Made by a program: the position numbers and the translations under genes
Notes under the pieces: generated by a model
Database searches by the model: none
What the model was told of the DNA's origin: nothing
The model's input: only the letters and a program-made list of their open reading frames with translations
DNA from: Octopus bimaculoides
Taxonomy: Eukaryota
Direction of reading: 5' to 3'
Assembly: GCF_001194135.2 (NCBI RefSeq)
Contig: NC_068995.1
Location: 34,651,383 to 34,715,382 of the forward strand
Length of the DNA stretch: 64,000 nucleotides
In this document: positions 27,381 through 40,579 of the stretch, one piece after another
How positions within the stretch are numbered: position 1 is the first letter of the stretch
Layout: each line of letters opens with the position of its first letter

Positions 27381-28377
27381 TTAGTAAGGGTTACGGTAAA
27401 TCATTGAGTACTTCATATCCTAAAAGAAGAATTAGACGCATCTTCGAAAACATGCATAACAGAGTTGAACATTAATAAATGCTGTATGAGAAATCCCTAT
27501 GTTTATTGACAGGGCGTTGTATTGCTTGTTGCTGGAATGTGGCATTAGTTAATCAGTCGATGTCTTTACGGAAGTAGTTTGTATCATTACAGTCGGACCA
27601 ATTTTGAATAGTGAGAGAGACACATGCCTTCCCTTCTCTAATGTTATTAATTCAACAGCTGAGTCACTTCAGCACAAAATTATAGTAATTAATTGTTGAA
27701 TTTCCAGTTCTGTTTGCATGTGTCCTGTTATAATTAACATTGGAATAAGAAGAGCTCAAGATAGCAGAAGCAGGGCAACATCATCATCTTCATCATCATC
27801 ATCATCGTCATCGGCGGCAGCAGCAGCAAGCAGCAGCAGCAGCAAGCAGCAGCAGCAGCAGCAGCTGTAGTAGTAGTAGTAGTAGTAGTAGTATTGCGAA
27901 TAGGCTTTCCTCGAAGCACGCATTTGGTGCTGCATGAATGTATATATTTATCGATTAAAGCGCAGTTTAAAAAAAGTAACATCGCCTGTTTGTACGCAGT
28001 TGCCTTGCTTTTTGGTACTATGTATACTTGATTTCTTTTTCGTCTACCACTGCACCCGCAATATAGTGTTAAGAATTAGGTGGATAAATAAAACCAAATC
28101 ATGACTAATATTTGATATGTGAAGCACTACTGGAAGATAATTATGTATGGAAATAGATATGTTTACAATATATCGATATGAATTGTTTGTGGAATAGTGA
28201 AAATCTCTAAGAAATGAAAAAGAGAAAAAATAAAGGGAGAGATTTGATGACCAGTAAATTTTGAATATAATTTTCATTCTCTTCATTCTGTATTTAGTGT
28301 CATTTTGTTTGACGACTGGTGCTGAATTTTAAAGATGTTCTTTTGTTAAGTTGTGACTATAACCTACTAGATGGTTC

Positions 28378-28766
28378 AGTACCCGTCTGATAATGGTACA
28401 CCAGGCACATGCGTCACAACCATATGTGCTCGACATGGTGATCTCATATCAAGAAAACCAGCGCATGGCCTTGCAGTTGGGGACCAGTTAGAATTTTCGT
28501 CAGGTCGAGTAGCCCATCCCGCTCAAAAGGTCCCTGATTAAGAGTTGTTTAAGGATGATGAACAAAACACCCATATTTCCAGAGGTGAATTACTCAAACC
28601 CGAAAGAATTCCTGTCAACATATGCCTATGATGCTCTCCCACTACTTCTGCACGTGAGCAGAGATGTATATATCGTCAATTGCTAAGGGACATGCTCAAC
28701 TAGTTAAGGTCAAACAACTGACAAGCAAATCTGTGGTATTGAGCAGAATATATGCTGTAGTTGATC

Positions 28767-28768
<2 letters not shown>
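28378..28768 (+). mobile_element. Second, 5'-truncated copy of the 460-bp element, ending in (TTA)n
   Basis: Homologous to the reverse complement of 24927-25330. Confidence 0.8.
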
Positions 28769-28818
<50 letters not shown>

Positions 28819-29335
28819 TATAATGAAAACTAGAAATGTATAGAGATAGTATAAATTATAATCCATGCAAATGTTTTCCATTTCCAATAAGGCCAACAAA
28901 TGAAAATAAATCCCGAGGTAACATTCGTATAAATGTAGGTGAAACAATTATATAATATTCACAGAATGTTATGTTACGAAGGTGACAGCAAAATATCTTA
29001 TACGACTTACATTTGATAGACTGGGCAACATCTAAGTGGATGAAGACACACATTCTGCCGTGCGCAGCATTCAAAGCAACGAAACACTGGAGCTTTTATG
29101 TATGCCAGTATCTGCCAAAATATATGACATATATTAATGTATAAAAAATGACTATGTAGTAAATATTAGAAACACAGTTTTCAATTTGTTTAGATTTGTC
29201 TAAACTGGATTATATAAGCAGACATATATAAGAGTTGATATTTTTATTACATTCGTTACTGCAAGATAGACGGAAATATATGATGCCAAGGAAAGTAAAT
29301 TTCACAAGATGCGATATGCGGTTTGAAAACCGATA

Positions 29336-29560
29336 GAAATTTCGCTGTGAGAAATTACGGCCCTATAGGAAAATTCACCGTAGAACAAATTCACCATATG
29401 CCTTTTATATTAGTATTTTTTAAAAATCATAGAAACAATGAAATATTAAAAAAAACAAGGTGAAATATTAAAAAAAAAAACGTTATGAGGTAATTTAAAA
29501 CAAAATTTGAAATATGGTGAATTTCCCGATAGCAAAAAAGTTTATGGCGAAATTACCTGT
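29336..29560. mobile_element. Small MITE-like remnant with subterminal AAATTCACC repeats
   Basis: Perfect 13-bp inverted repeat aaattcaccatat (29387-29399) / atatggtgaattt (29512-29524), plus related motifs on both sides. Confidence 0.45.
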
Positions 29561-29727
29561 AACTAAACAGTTTCGGGCAGACTAGAGAATTAAGTGGAAA
29601 ACGAGCAAATAAATGACTCCTAATGGTGCAATAGTGCCTGTGTCTGTGTTTTCTGGTACACTGGCACTAAAAAGAATTAGAAGATTAAATATTTAAAAAA
29701 AAAGGAAGAAGATTGCTTTTTTTTCTC

Positions 29728-29780
29728 TTGGTATTCATATATTCTAAATATATTGGTATTCATATATTCTAAATATATTG
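29728..29780. repeat. Tandem duplication of a 25-bp unit (ttggtattcatatattctaaatata)
   Basis: Read directly. Confidence 0.9.
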
Positions 29781-30339
29781 AAATATGTTATAGCCATCTA
29801 AATATTTCGAGACAAATTGAGATGAACTTCCAGATAAGACTGGATTACGATTTTTCATTTTTCTTTATATATATATATATNNNNNNNNNNNNNNNNNNNN
29901 NNNNNNNNNNNNNNNNNNNNNNNNNNNNNNNNNNNNNNNNNNNNNNNNNNNNNNNNNNNNNNNNNNNNNNNNNNNNNNNNNNNNNNNNNNNNNNNNNNNN
30001 NNNNNNNNNNNNNNNNNNNNNNNNNNNNNNNNNNNNNNNNNNNNNNNNNNNNNNNNNNNNNNNNNNNNNNNNNNNNNNNNNNNNNNNNNNNNNNNNNNNN
30101 NNNNNNNNNNNNNNNNNNNCAGACCACGTATCTCTTAAGATCACGGTCCGTGCTCTTTGGATGATTACAGCGCTGTCCGTTGTATCCGTGCGTATGGGGT
30201 TGATCATCTTCATGGATTCATTTCTTTAGGTGGTATCACATTAATACGTGTGTGGTGGTGTTGGACTTATTTTGCTATTCATTTAGCAGATGTTAAGGAT
30301 GGGTTGTACATTCTTTTGTGTGATTTCATTTAAGGCATG

Positions 30340-30746
30340 ACAATCAGCGTTCTATAGTGGGTTGGAAGGAGGGAATATACGACGACGTTCTCGAGCGTCG
30401 ACGAACATCAACTCGCTGGTCTGTTTCGGAGAACTTTCGGGCCTGGGCCTATGAATAACTTCCAGAAATCCCTTGCCTGACAGTGCTACCGAGAGGCGCT
30501 GCCCGTTCGGGATGAATTTTACAGGCCGGGAGGATCAGGCAATTTTTATTTGTCTGGTGGCTGTAGCGAAAGAGATAGTACGGTGGACTCGTTTGATAGG
30601 GCTGAAGTCAGACACTTTCCTCTTTGATCAAGCCCTCATCAACTTTTTCAAGTTTTACTTGAAGAGAAAAGTGAGGGTGGAGAGGGCAGTGTTGCTTTCT
30701 AGCAAGTATGTTGAAAGCTGGGTGAATCTTGGAAGACTGGCCAGTG
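30340..30746 (+). mobile_element. Tx1/L1-like ORF2 C-terminal remnant (zf-RVT region), internally deleted
   Basis: LAGLFRRTFGPGPMNNFQKSLA*QCYREALPVRD joined to FICLVAVAKEIVRWTR...INFFKFYLKRKVRVER...FVESWVN-like sequence. Confidence 0.7.
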
Positions 30747-30871
30747 TGTGCATATGTGTGTGTGTGTTTGTGTTCATGAGTGTGCGTGCGTTTGTGTCTG
30801 TGTAAGTTATATGTTCAAACGCAATGTATATAATACATACATACGTATCTATCTATCTATCTATCTATTGT

Positions 30872-31251
30872 GGAGGCGCAATGAATCAGTGGTTAGGGCA
30901 GAGTACTTGTGGTCGTGGGACAGCGGTTTCGATTCCCAGACCGGGTGTTGTGAGTTTATCGGGCAAACAAATAAAAAATAAAATAAAGCTCCACAAGGCT
31001 TCGGCAGGAGGTGGCGGCGAACCCTGCTGTACTCTTTCACCATAACGTTCTCTCACTCTTTCTTCCTGTTTATGTCGTACCTGTATTTCAAAGGGCCAGC
31101 CTCGTCACACATTGTGTCACCGAGAACTACGTTAAGGGTATACGTATCTGTGGAGTGCTCAGCCACTTACACGTTAATTTCACCAGCAGGCTGTTTCGTT
31201 GATCGGATCAGCTGGAACCCTCGTCGTCGTAACTGACGGAGTGTCACGACG
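30872..31251 (+). mobile_element. SINE family C, full length, inserted in a (TCTA)n array
   Basis: tRNA-like head ggaggcgcaatg..cagtggttagggcag...ggtttcgattcccagacc with A and B boxes; (TCTA)n on both flanks. Confidence 0.9.
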
Positions 31252-31282
<31 letters not shown>

Positions 31283-31285
<3 letters not shown>

Positions 31286-31470
31286 TACACTTCTACTTGT
31301 TTCAGTCATTTCACTGCGGCCATGCTGGAGGACCGCCTGAAAGGGTTTTAGTCGAAGAAAACGACCCCACTACTTATTCCTTATAAACCTAGTACTTACA
31401 CTGTGGGTCTCTATTTTGCCGAACCGCTAAGTTACGGAGACGTAAGCGCACCAACATCGATTCTCAAGAC
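31283..31470 (-). mobile_element. SINE family A right arm
   Basis: cttgtttcagtcattt..ctgcggccatgctggag...gccgaaccgctaagttacgg. Confidence 0.85.
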
Positions 31471-31522
31471 ACAAAGATACACACTGACACAAGAAAAACA
31501 CACACACACACGCACACACACA

Positions 31523-31554
<32 letters not shown>

Positions 31555-31916
31555 GACGCACACNNNNNNNNNNNNNNNNNNNNNNNNNNNNNNNNNNNNN
31601 NNNNNNNNNNNNNNNNNNNNNNNNNNNNNNNNNNNNNNNNNCACAAACACATGTTTATTTCCTTATCTTGCAAATCACAGTTTTGTCTTGGTGTTCACTG
31701 GCGAAACGTAGAATAGCAAAAGACTGACTTGGCCAAACAAAAATATATTCTTTTCTACTCTAAGCACAAGGCCCGAAATATTTGGGGATGGGGGGCAGTC
31801 GATTAGATTGACCCCAGTACGCAACTGGTACTTAATTCATCGACCCCGAAAGGATTAAAGGTAAAGTTGACCTCGGCAGAATTTGAACTCAGGATGTAAA
31901 AACAGACGAAATACCG

Positions 31917-33533
31917 ATTTCTTTATTACCCATAAAGGGCTATACAAAGAATGTTTAAGACATCACAAAACATAAAGACAGTACAAAACGCGAACATAAA
32001 ATCGGGGTAATTAAAATAAAATGATAATATGCAAGAATGAAAAAAATGAGGCGCAATGTTCACTCGATCCCCAAAGTCGGGTGGTTATATTTATCCAGTT
32101 TTTCATTTTAACGGTTTTGTAACTCAAAAACTTGAAATACTCGCGTTATTTTTCTGCTATTAATCACTGTTACGTCCGTCTTTATCAACTGCAAATAATC
32201 AGTTCTAGGGGGTGGTGTCTCCACCAACCATACCCGTTTCGTTATATTTTCACCAAGTTCTTTTATGTACTCCCAGTAGTTTTCCTCATCTATCAAAATG
32301 CATTTCTCAGCACATTTCTCAGGCATCTTCACTCTTATTTTTTCTTCCAACCTCTCGACTTTTTTCTCTATCTGCTCGCAATTCTCGTACTTTATCAAAA
32401 CCCCCTTGTATTTCACATCTTTATCCGTTCTCTCCTCCTCTTCTTGTACATTATTAGTTACTGGCTTTTCTATCTCTTATATGTTTTCTGTTGACCGTTC
32501 CTTTGACTTATTTTTCCTTCGCTTTTTAGGGTTAGTAGCTCCATTTTCGTTCTTCTCCTTTGTTTTCTCTGTTTCACACTTCTGTCTCTCTTTCATTTCC
32601 TCAGTGTGGTCTACAATGTTTTCCTCCTCTGCTTGTGCTTTCTCTTGCTGTGGCTGTGTGAACTCATATACGGGGCATTTGGTCTTCATATGACCTCTTT
32701 CCCCGCATATGTAACAATTTGGTTTCCTTCCCTCGACTACAACATTTAACGTTCTCTCATCCTCCACTTCTATCTGGTAGGGAATTCTTTCTATGTCCTC
32801 GAATGTGTCAAAAAACCAGATTTCGAGTCCAAATCCCCACCATTTGCGCACTTTTGATTTCGCCACTGATCCCAATTCCGGCTCCTCCTTGGTTGCAGCC
32901 AGCACTGTTGCAACCAACCACTCTGGTTTAATTTCTTGTGTAATTCTGGGAATACGTATTTTCACACTTCTTCCTCTATAACTTGGTAGCAATGCTATTT
33001 TTGCACTCCTTAAAACGTTGGTCGCATGCTTGGTTGCCTCTTCTATAGTGACGAACCTCACCTCTACCGTACCGAACTTTCTTTCTCTGTTGATGTACGT
33101 GGCTTCATTGACAATTTCACCCAGGCACTCCTCGATTTCCTCTTCCGTCACCATTTCAATTTTACAGGTTTCGACAGCCTGTGTACGATACNNNNNNNNN
33201 NTTCGACAGCCTGTGTACGATACACTACTGTCCTCAGAATTTTGTTTTCTTAAGTCTCTTTTGGGGTGACACAAATTCCTGCTTCTGGTCACCTCCTCCA
33301 TATCCCACTTGATTAACTTGGTTTCTAGTGGAACTGGCTTCCTCACCGCAGTGGCCTTGGCGTAGCTCTCCATACTGGAGACACTACCACTTGCCATAGC
33401 TGGGAAAAAATGCAGCAGCGCACGTGAAACGTAACCGTAATAACTCCACAAAATCACACTTATTTACCGAAACAGTTTTCACAAAGTAACACAACAGTAT
33501 TCACAATAATTCACAATAATTCACAGAACCATT
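31917..33533 (-). mobile_element. Tx1-like element with ORF1 only (no EN/RT), flanked by a 6-bp TSD ATACCG
   Basis: ATACCG at 31911-31916 and 33534-33539. Layout is 5' UTR, ORF1 with a CCHC knuckle, a short downstream ORF, a T-rich 3' UTR and AATAAAGAAAT at the end. Confidence 0.75.
32477..33397 (-). pseudogene. LINE ORF1 (gag-like nucleic-acid-binding protein) with a C-X2-C-X4-H-X4-C zinc knuckle
   Basis: VVVEGRKPNCYICGERGHMKTKCP followed by an E/K-rich tail. Frame continuity near the N-terminus depends on the 10-N gap. Confidence 0.75.
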
Positions 33534-33641
33534 ATACCGCGAAGCAGTTCGCCCGGCGTGCTAATGTTTCTGCCAGCATACAAAAATATATTACACGCAT
33601 ACATAGACAAGCACAATTGCGCGTGCGCGCACACATAACAC

Positions 33642-33688
<47 letters not shown>

Positions 33689-34104
33689 TGCATATTGTCC
33701 CTTTTTTTCAGATCATAATAACTGTTGTTATTTAAGTATGCAGCCATGTCATCTCCCAGTTTTACGTAATATATACTGTGTAGGTTTCCGATTAATATTT
33801 GTATATTCTGTAAAATATATTTGTTTACAATCCTCTTGATTTCTTATATTTTGCCTTCACCACACAAATATATATTTTAAAATCTCCTAAATTCATATTC
33901 ATGATAAATACTTTCGTATTTCTGTGATGCTAACATTATTCTTTGTAATTAAGATTTGCTGTAGATTTTACTTTCCAGTGCTATTTTTTGTTTATCTGTA
34001 GTGATTGCGCTGGGATCTCTTTCCCAGTTACTTCACGATCTTTTATGTAAATTAAGAATTTTATAATGGTTACACTTGCTTGTTTTTCTTGATATTATTT
34101 GCAT

Positions 34105-34766
34105 ATCGGTCTCTTTTTGCCGAACCACAAGGTGACGGGGATGTAAACGCACCAACATCAGTTGTCAAGCGATGGTGGGGGGACAAACACAGACACAAAT
34201 AACAAACACATACATACATACATACNNNNNNNNNNNNNNNNNNNNNNNNNNNNNNNNNNNNNNNNNNNNNNNNNNNNNNNNNNNNNNNNNNNNNNNNNNN
34301 NNNNNNNNNNNNNNNNNNNNNNNNNNNNNNNNNNNNNNNNNNNNNNNNNNNNNNNNNNNNNNNNNNNNNNNNNNNNNNNNNNNNNNNNNNNNNNNNNNNN
34401 NNNNNNNNNNNNNNNNNNNNNNNNNNNNNNNNNNNNNNNNNNNNNNNNNNNNNNNNNNNNNNNNNNNNNNNNNNNNNNNNNNNNNNNNNNNNNNNNNNNN
34501 NNNNNNNNNNNNNNNNNNNNNNNNNNNNNNNNNNNNNNNNNNNNNNNNNNNNNNNNNNNNNNNNNNTATATATATATATATATATATATATGCATATGTA
34601 TACGACGGGCTTCTTTCAGTTTCCGTCTACCAAATCCACTCTCAAGGCTTTGGTGGGCCCGAGGCTTTAGTAGAAGATACTTGCCGAAGGTGGCACACAG
34701 GGGGACTCAACCCGGAACCATGTGGTTGGTAAGCAAGCTACTTCTCACACAACCACTCCTGCGCCT
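34105..34766 (-). mobile_element. SINE family A with its internal microsatellite in a gap
   Basis: Right arm at 34105-34200 and left arm at 34600-34766. Confidence 0.9.
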
Positions 34767-35629
34767 ATATATATCTTATACATCCATGTTCAGTTATATA
34801 TATATTAGTTTATTAGTTTTCCTCATTCAGTTTTATATTTATACATGTGTTTGTGTGTGTCTGTGTATGTGTAAATTTTTCATCTCTCCCTCTCTGTGTT
34901 TTTGTGGCGTTTCTTTTTCCTCTTTCTCTCTCTGTCTTTCTTTCTTCCCCCTCTCTCTCACTCACTCTCTTCTCATTGTCTTCGTAATCAGCTATTTGTA
35001 GTGATAGCCATATTATGTAAGATGTATTGGAACTGAACTCAAAGTTCATTTCAAATAAATATTTGAAGGTTGACACAGCTGCAAAAAATGATTAAATTCA
35101 TACTACAATAAAGAAAACTACTTATCAATTAATAATGAATATGTTACATTTATTAAAAGAAAGCAATTATTAAAGTTAGTATCGACTAGAAAACTCCTAA
35201 AATTCCAGTTTTAATATATTTTTTTTATCAGTGTGATTTCCATGTCTCTTCATTATTGAAGATTTTTTAACTACATGATTCTAAAAGAAAACTAACTTTT
35301 AATCAATGCAATACATCATTTTTTAACGTCTTACATTCGTATCTATTGTATTCTACCATATTTCTTTGCAGCGTTCTGTCTCACTCTCTCTCTCCAATCT
35401 CTTTACTGTCTCCTTTCCTGTTAGTCTTGCTTTTTCTCTCTTCTTATAACTTATTCCCTCTTACTCATCGCTTTAAACGTTTTTTGTCCCGTTCCTCTTT
35501 GTCTCTCCTCTCTTTCTCTCTCTCACTCTGTCTATCTGTCTCTCTCTTTCACTCGTTGTCTACCGCCTATGTCCAATTACCTCCATTAGACATAAGTGAT
35601 TACGATGTTTTCACATTAGCATTTTTGAA

Positions 35630-36470
35630 TTTCACATGGGTCGTCCATAAAAGTTGTCAACAAAAATAGAACGGTTGGTAGCAAAAGTAGAATTGCAAAA
35701 AGAAAGAAAGGCAACTAAATACGAGAAAGCCAAGGCAGAACATGTGAAAGAAATGCCTGAATATGCCTGTAGAGATAAAGAATATGATTCTATCCCTGTT
35801 ACACATGATAGATTAGCTCGGTTATCTCAAGAAGAAAATTATCTACGTCAAAGCAATACACTGAACGAGCTTTTACAGTTTCTGAATTGCTAATTGTTAA
35901 ACAGACAAATATCTAATGCAAATAGTAATGGAATACAAACAGTAACAATACTGCAAAAAGGTAGGATACTGAGAGACCAAACCGAATATGCGCAGTGGAA
36001 GAATAAACTGAAACTAAGAAGAAGTCTGTTGAAGGATTAACAGTGAATGTAATGCTGGAAGTCTTTTCGGCAATGTCTCCTCACACTGCACAGCTTAGAT
36101 GGACTGCTGAATGGAAACCAGTATGTTGCTTTAAGGAACAGTAAAACAGGACGAATTGCATCCTCCTCTACCGAATACTATTAAGTACATCGCTGTTGAT
36201 CATGTAGGAATCGGAAAATATATGTGAATATCACAATGCACTAGCATTGGCTTCTCTGAGTTGCAGAGAAATCAGAGTCAAGATTGAGCAATACATTTAA
36301 AGTACAGGGAAATGTTTCTTACACGATTGGACCACTAATTCCAAATGATGATAATTCAAAATTTGCTGAAACCTACTTCTATGTCACAGACAATATATTT
36401 CAGAATCCTCTGTGGCATACAAAGTATGGTGAAATTTTCAGAGCCATACAAGGTGAATTGCATAAGTTTG
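35630..36470 (+). mobile_element. Helitron RepHel N-terminal remnant
   Basis: Frameshifted HCTA-RWTAEWKPVCC...ELHPPLPNTIK, then EYHNALALASLSC...NTFKVQGNVSYTIGPLIPNDDNSKFAETYFYVTDN, matching the conserved pre-Rep block YNxALAxxS...TFKIQGxLYHRIGSLxP...KFAQxYxYD. Confidence 0.85.
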
Positions 36471-37185
36471 TTACATCAAAAATAACTAACAGTGATTTGG
36501 ATTCTATTGTTTTGGGCAGATGTAACAGGAAACCGATGTCATCCCGAATGAAACTGGATATGTGACTACCTAGTGGTTTTAGGATAATGTCAATGAGGTT
36601 GCACAGACGATGTGTAGGACAGGCTGGACCAACTATAATGGGTCTTAGTTTAAGGTCTTTTGGTTGTAGTAGTTTTATGTATTCACTACGTTGTTCCTTT
36701 AAAGTGCGTTGTATTTCTCTTGATTTATGTATTTTAGGGAAGCCATAGAAGTTGCTGGATGTCGACTCAAAATTAGTAATGTAGTCCCTTTCATTAGAAG
36801 TGAGGGAGTTATAATGATTTGAGACTAAATAATTGAATTTCTTCATGATGCTGTGGTTAATATTCGAGGGTACTTCATGGTAGAATTTGTATCCTTCAAA
36901 TGATCTTCAGCTAGATCCCGGTAATATTCCGTATCCTTTATAATAATGGTATCACCTTTATCCGTGTGTTTGATGACACTTTTGTTGTCATTTTTAAGAG
37001 ATATAACGGCAGACTTTTCTAGTTTTGAAATATTTGGTCTGACGTTGATACCTCAGTGGAAATTTGGAGAGGATATCAATGAACTGATCTAGATACGTAT
37101 TTCGTCCTTTTGGCGGGTTAAATTTTGATTTAGTTTTCGCCAAGGATTCGTCATTCTCATTTTTAAAATATTCTTAATATTAAAA
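36470..37185 (-). mobile_element. Penelope-like reverse transcriptase, N-terminal half
   Basis: VIKHTDKGDTIII, NFYGFPKIHK, LRPIIVGPACPTHRLCNLIDIILKP, LVIFDVTNL. Confidence 0.9.
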
Positions 37186-37274
37186 TACCATGATAGAAAA
37201 AACGTGAAAACAAGACCCTGTTTTTACCTTATTTAACTGATGTATTATTCTATAGACATTTACACAAATTCGGA

Positions 37275-37396
<122 letters not shown>

Positions 37397-37529
37397 GTGC
37401 CTGCGTGCGTGTGTGTGTCTGTGTGTATGCACATCATAACAGTTACATTTTAGTAAATTGCCATTTTCTTAGCGGAAGAAGCTCAGCTTGGGAAATAATA
37501 ATTCTTTAAATTCATGTTTTATAGCGAAA

Positions 37530-38786
<1,257 letters not shown>

Positions 38787-39398
38787 ATACTGTAGCACAA
38801 TTACTTTTTCTCAACACAGAAAAAATAATTGCTCTAGTTACATTATCCCAAAACAAACCAAAGAAGAGAAAAATGCCACAACTAAACGATATCTGGACAA
38901 ATTTCTTCAAGAGATGCAAGACTAAACACCTATATTGGGATACATCTCAGTCAACAACAGCGTTACTAACTAAATGGGCCATGATATCACAAAACTTGAT
39001 TTTAAAAGTCACAGATTGTATTGGGTGGGTTTTATTAGGTTACATGTGTCGTCGGTTACTTATTGACTGAAATATATCTAAGATTTATCTAAGTTTATAA
39101 AACATTTTACTGCTCATTCTACTTCGAAACTTGGAGCTTCAAGATGTTGCGTTATATTTCCTTCATTTCATCAATGTTATAAAAGATTTGCATCGTATGT
39201 GTTAATATCTGTGGTTTCACCGGATTAGTGTAAAAGATATTAATGGTTCTGAATATTTTCAGAGTTGCTGTATCAAGCTTAGCGTTCTGAGATACAATTT
39301 AGACTGAGATACAATTCGTATGTCCAAGTACAATCATATAATTGTCAGTAAACAAAATGGGTTTCCATATATTTCTGTGTATGCATGTGTATGTGTGC

Positions 39399-39457
<59 letters not shown>

Positions 39458-39945
39458 TACAGACACACATACATATGAAAACAACACAATATTGCGACAT
39501 ATTTCGTTATATTGTTCATTGCTAATTTTTGATATGAAACTAAATTTGGCGTAGATTACATCTAACTGTTCATATTGCTACTTTTATATTATAACACCGC
39601 TTAAGTTTAATAATCTGATGCTATCTATTTTTAGATGTTACATTATGAAATAGGTTTTGACATAATACTGTTGTTCTATCTTGGTGCTTGAGATGTTTAC
39701 TTAAGTAATTAGAATTTAATTGATGTTTCTAAGATTCACAGAATGCTTCTATTTCAGAGTTTACTGATAATAATACTTTCGGAACAGATTGTATCTGAAG
39801 TGTAGCCAATGTTTCCAGTATATCTTGTGATATATCTCTCAAACATGATACAAACATTATTGAATATACATACATACATACATACGTATACACACACACA
39901 CACACACACACACATGTATATATATATGTGTATGTATATATGTGT

Positions 39946-39993
<48 letters not shown>

Positions 39994-40106
39994 ATGTATA
40001 TAACCTGCTTAATGGCTGTCAAATATGACGGGTTTTATTGAACACATATACACACACATGAATGTATATTCATATATATATATACATACATATATACATA
40101 CATACA

Positions 40107-40156
<50 letters not shown>

Positions 40157-40194
40157 TATTGTTTAATAGCTACCAAGCAAATACTTCAACTAAC

Positions 40195-40237
<43 letters not shown>

Positions 40238-40579
40238 AGTCTATGTATGTATACACATCCATACACACTGATGCACTCACTTATTACATTATTTATGATC
40301 TCTCAGTTGATTAGTTGTTCGTTTGCGTAGCAAGAGGATCTACATTCCGTATTGCCTACAGTGCATGTTAAATATTTTATTCATATATTTTCTTTGTTTA
40401 TTTTCTTTGAATGATTGACATTCGTTTCGATCAAGTTGGATCATATGAATACGACTTGCTTAGGAATCTAGAGTCAATTAAATATTACATTGTATCGTAT
40501 TTTGTTAACTTTAAGGAGGGAGGATTAAGAAAATATGTGATTTAAAGCATTTCTATAGGAGAAAGTCAGTATCATTTAC

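Larger units (their letters stand above)
31745..33590 (-). mobile_element. SINE family B split in two (31745-31916 and 33534-33590) by a 1.6-kb insertion
   Basis: The halves rejoin as acagacgaaataccg|cgaagcagttcgcccggcgtgct, matching intact copies (for example aaataccgctaagcaatttgcccggcgt near 24400). Confidence 0.85.

Noticed and set aside
30872-30945. tRNA-like sequences at SINE heads (also 8578, 40844)
   Set aside because: They have A/B boxes but no complete cloverleaf and continue into SINE bodies, so they are not tRNA genes.
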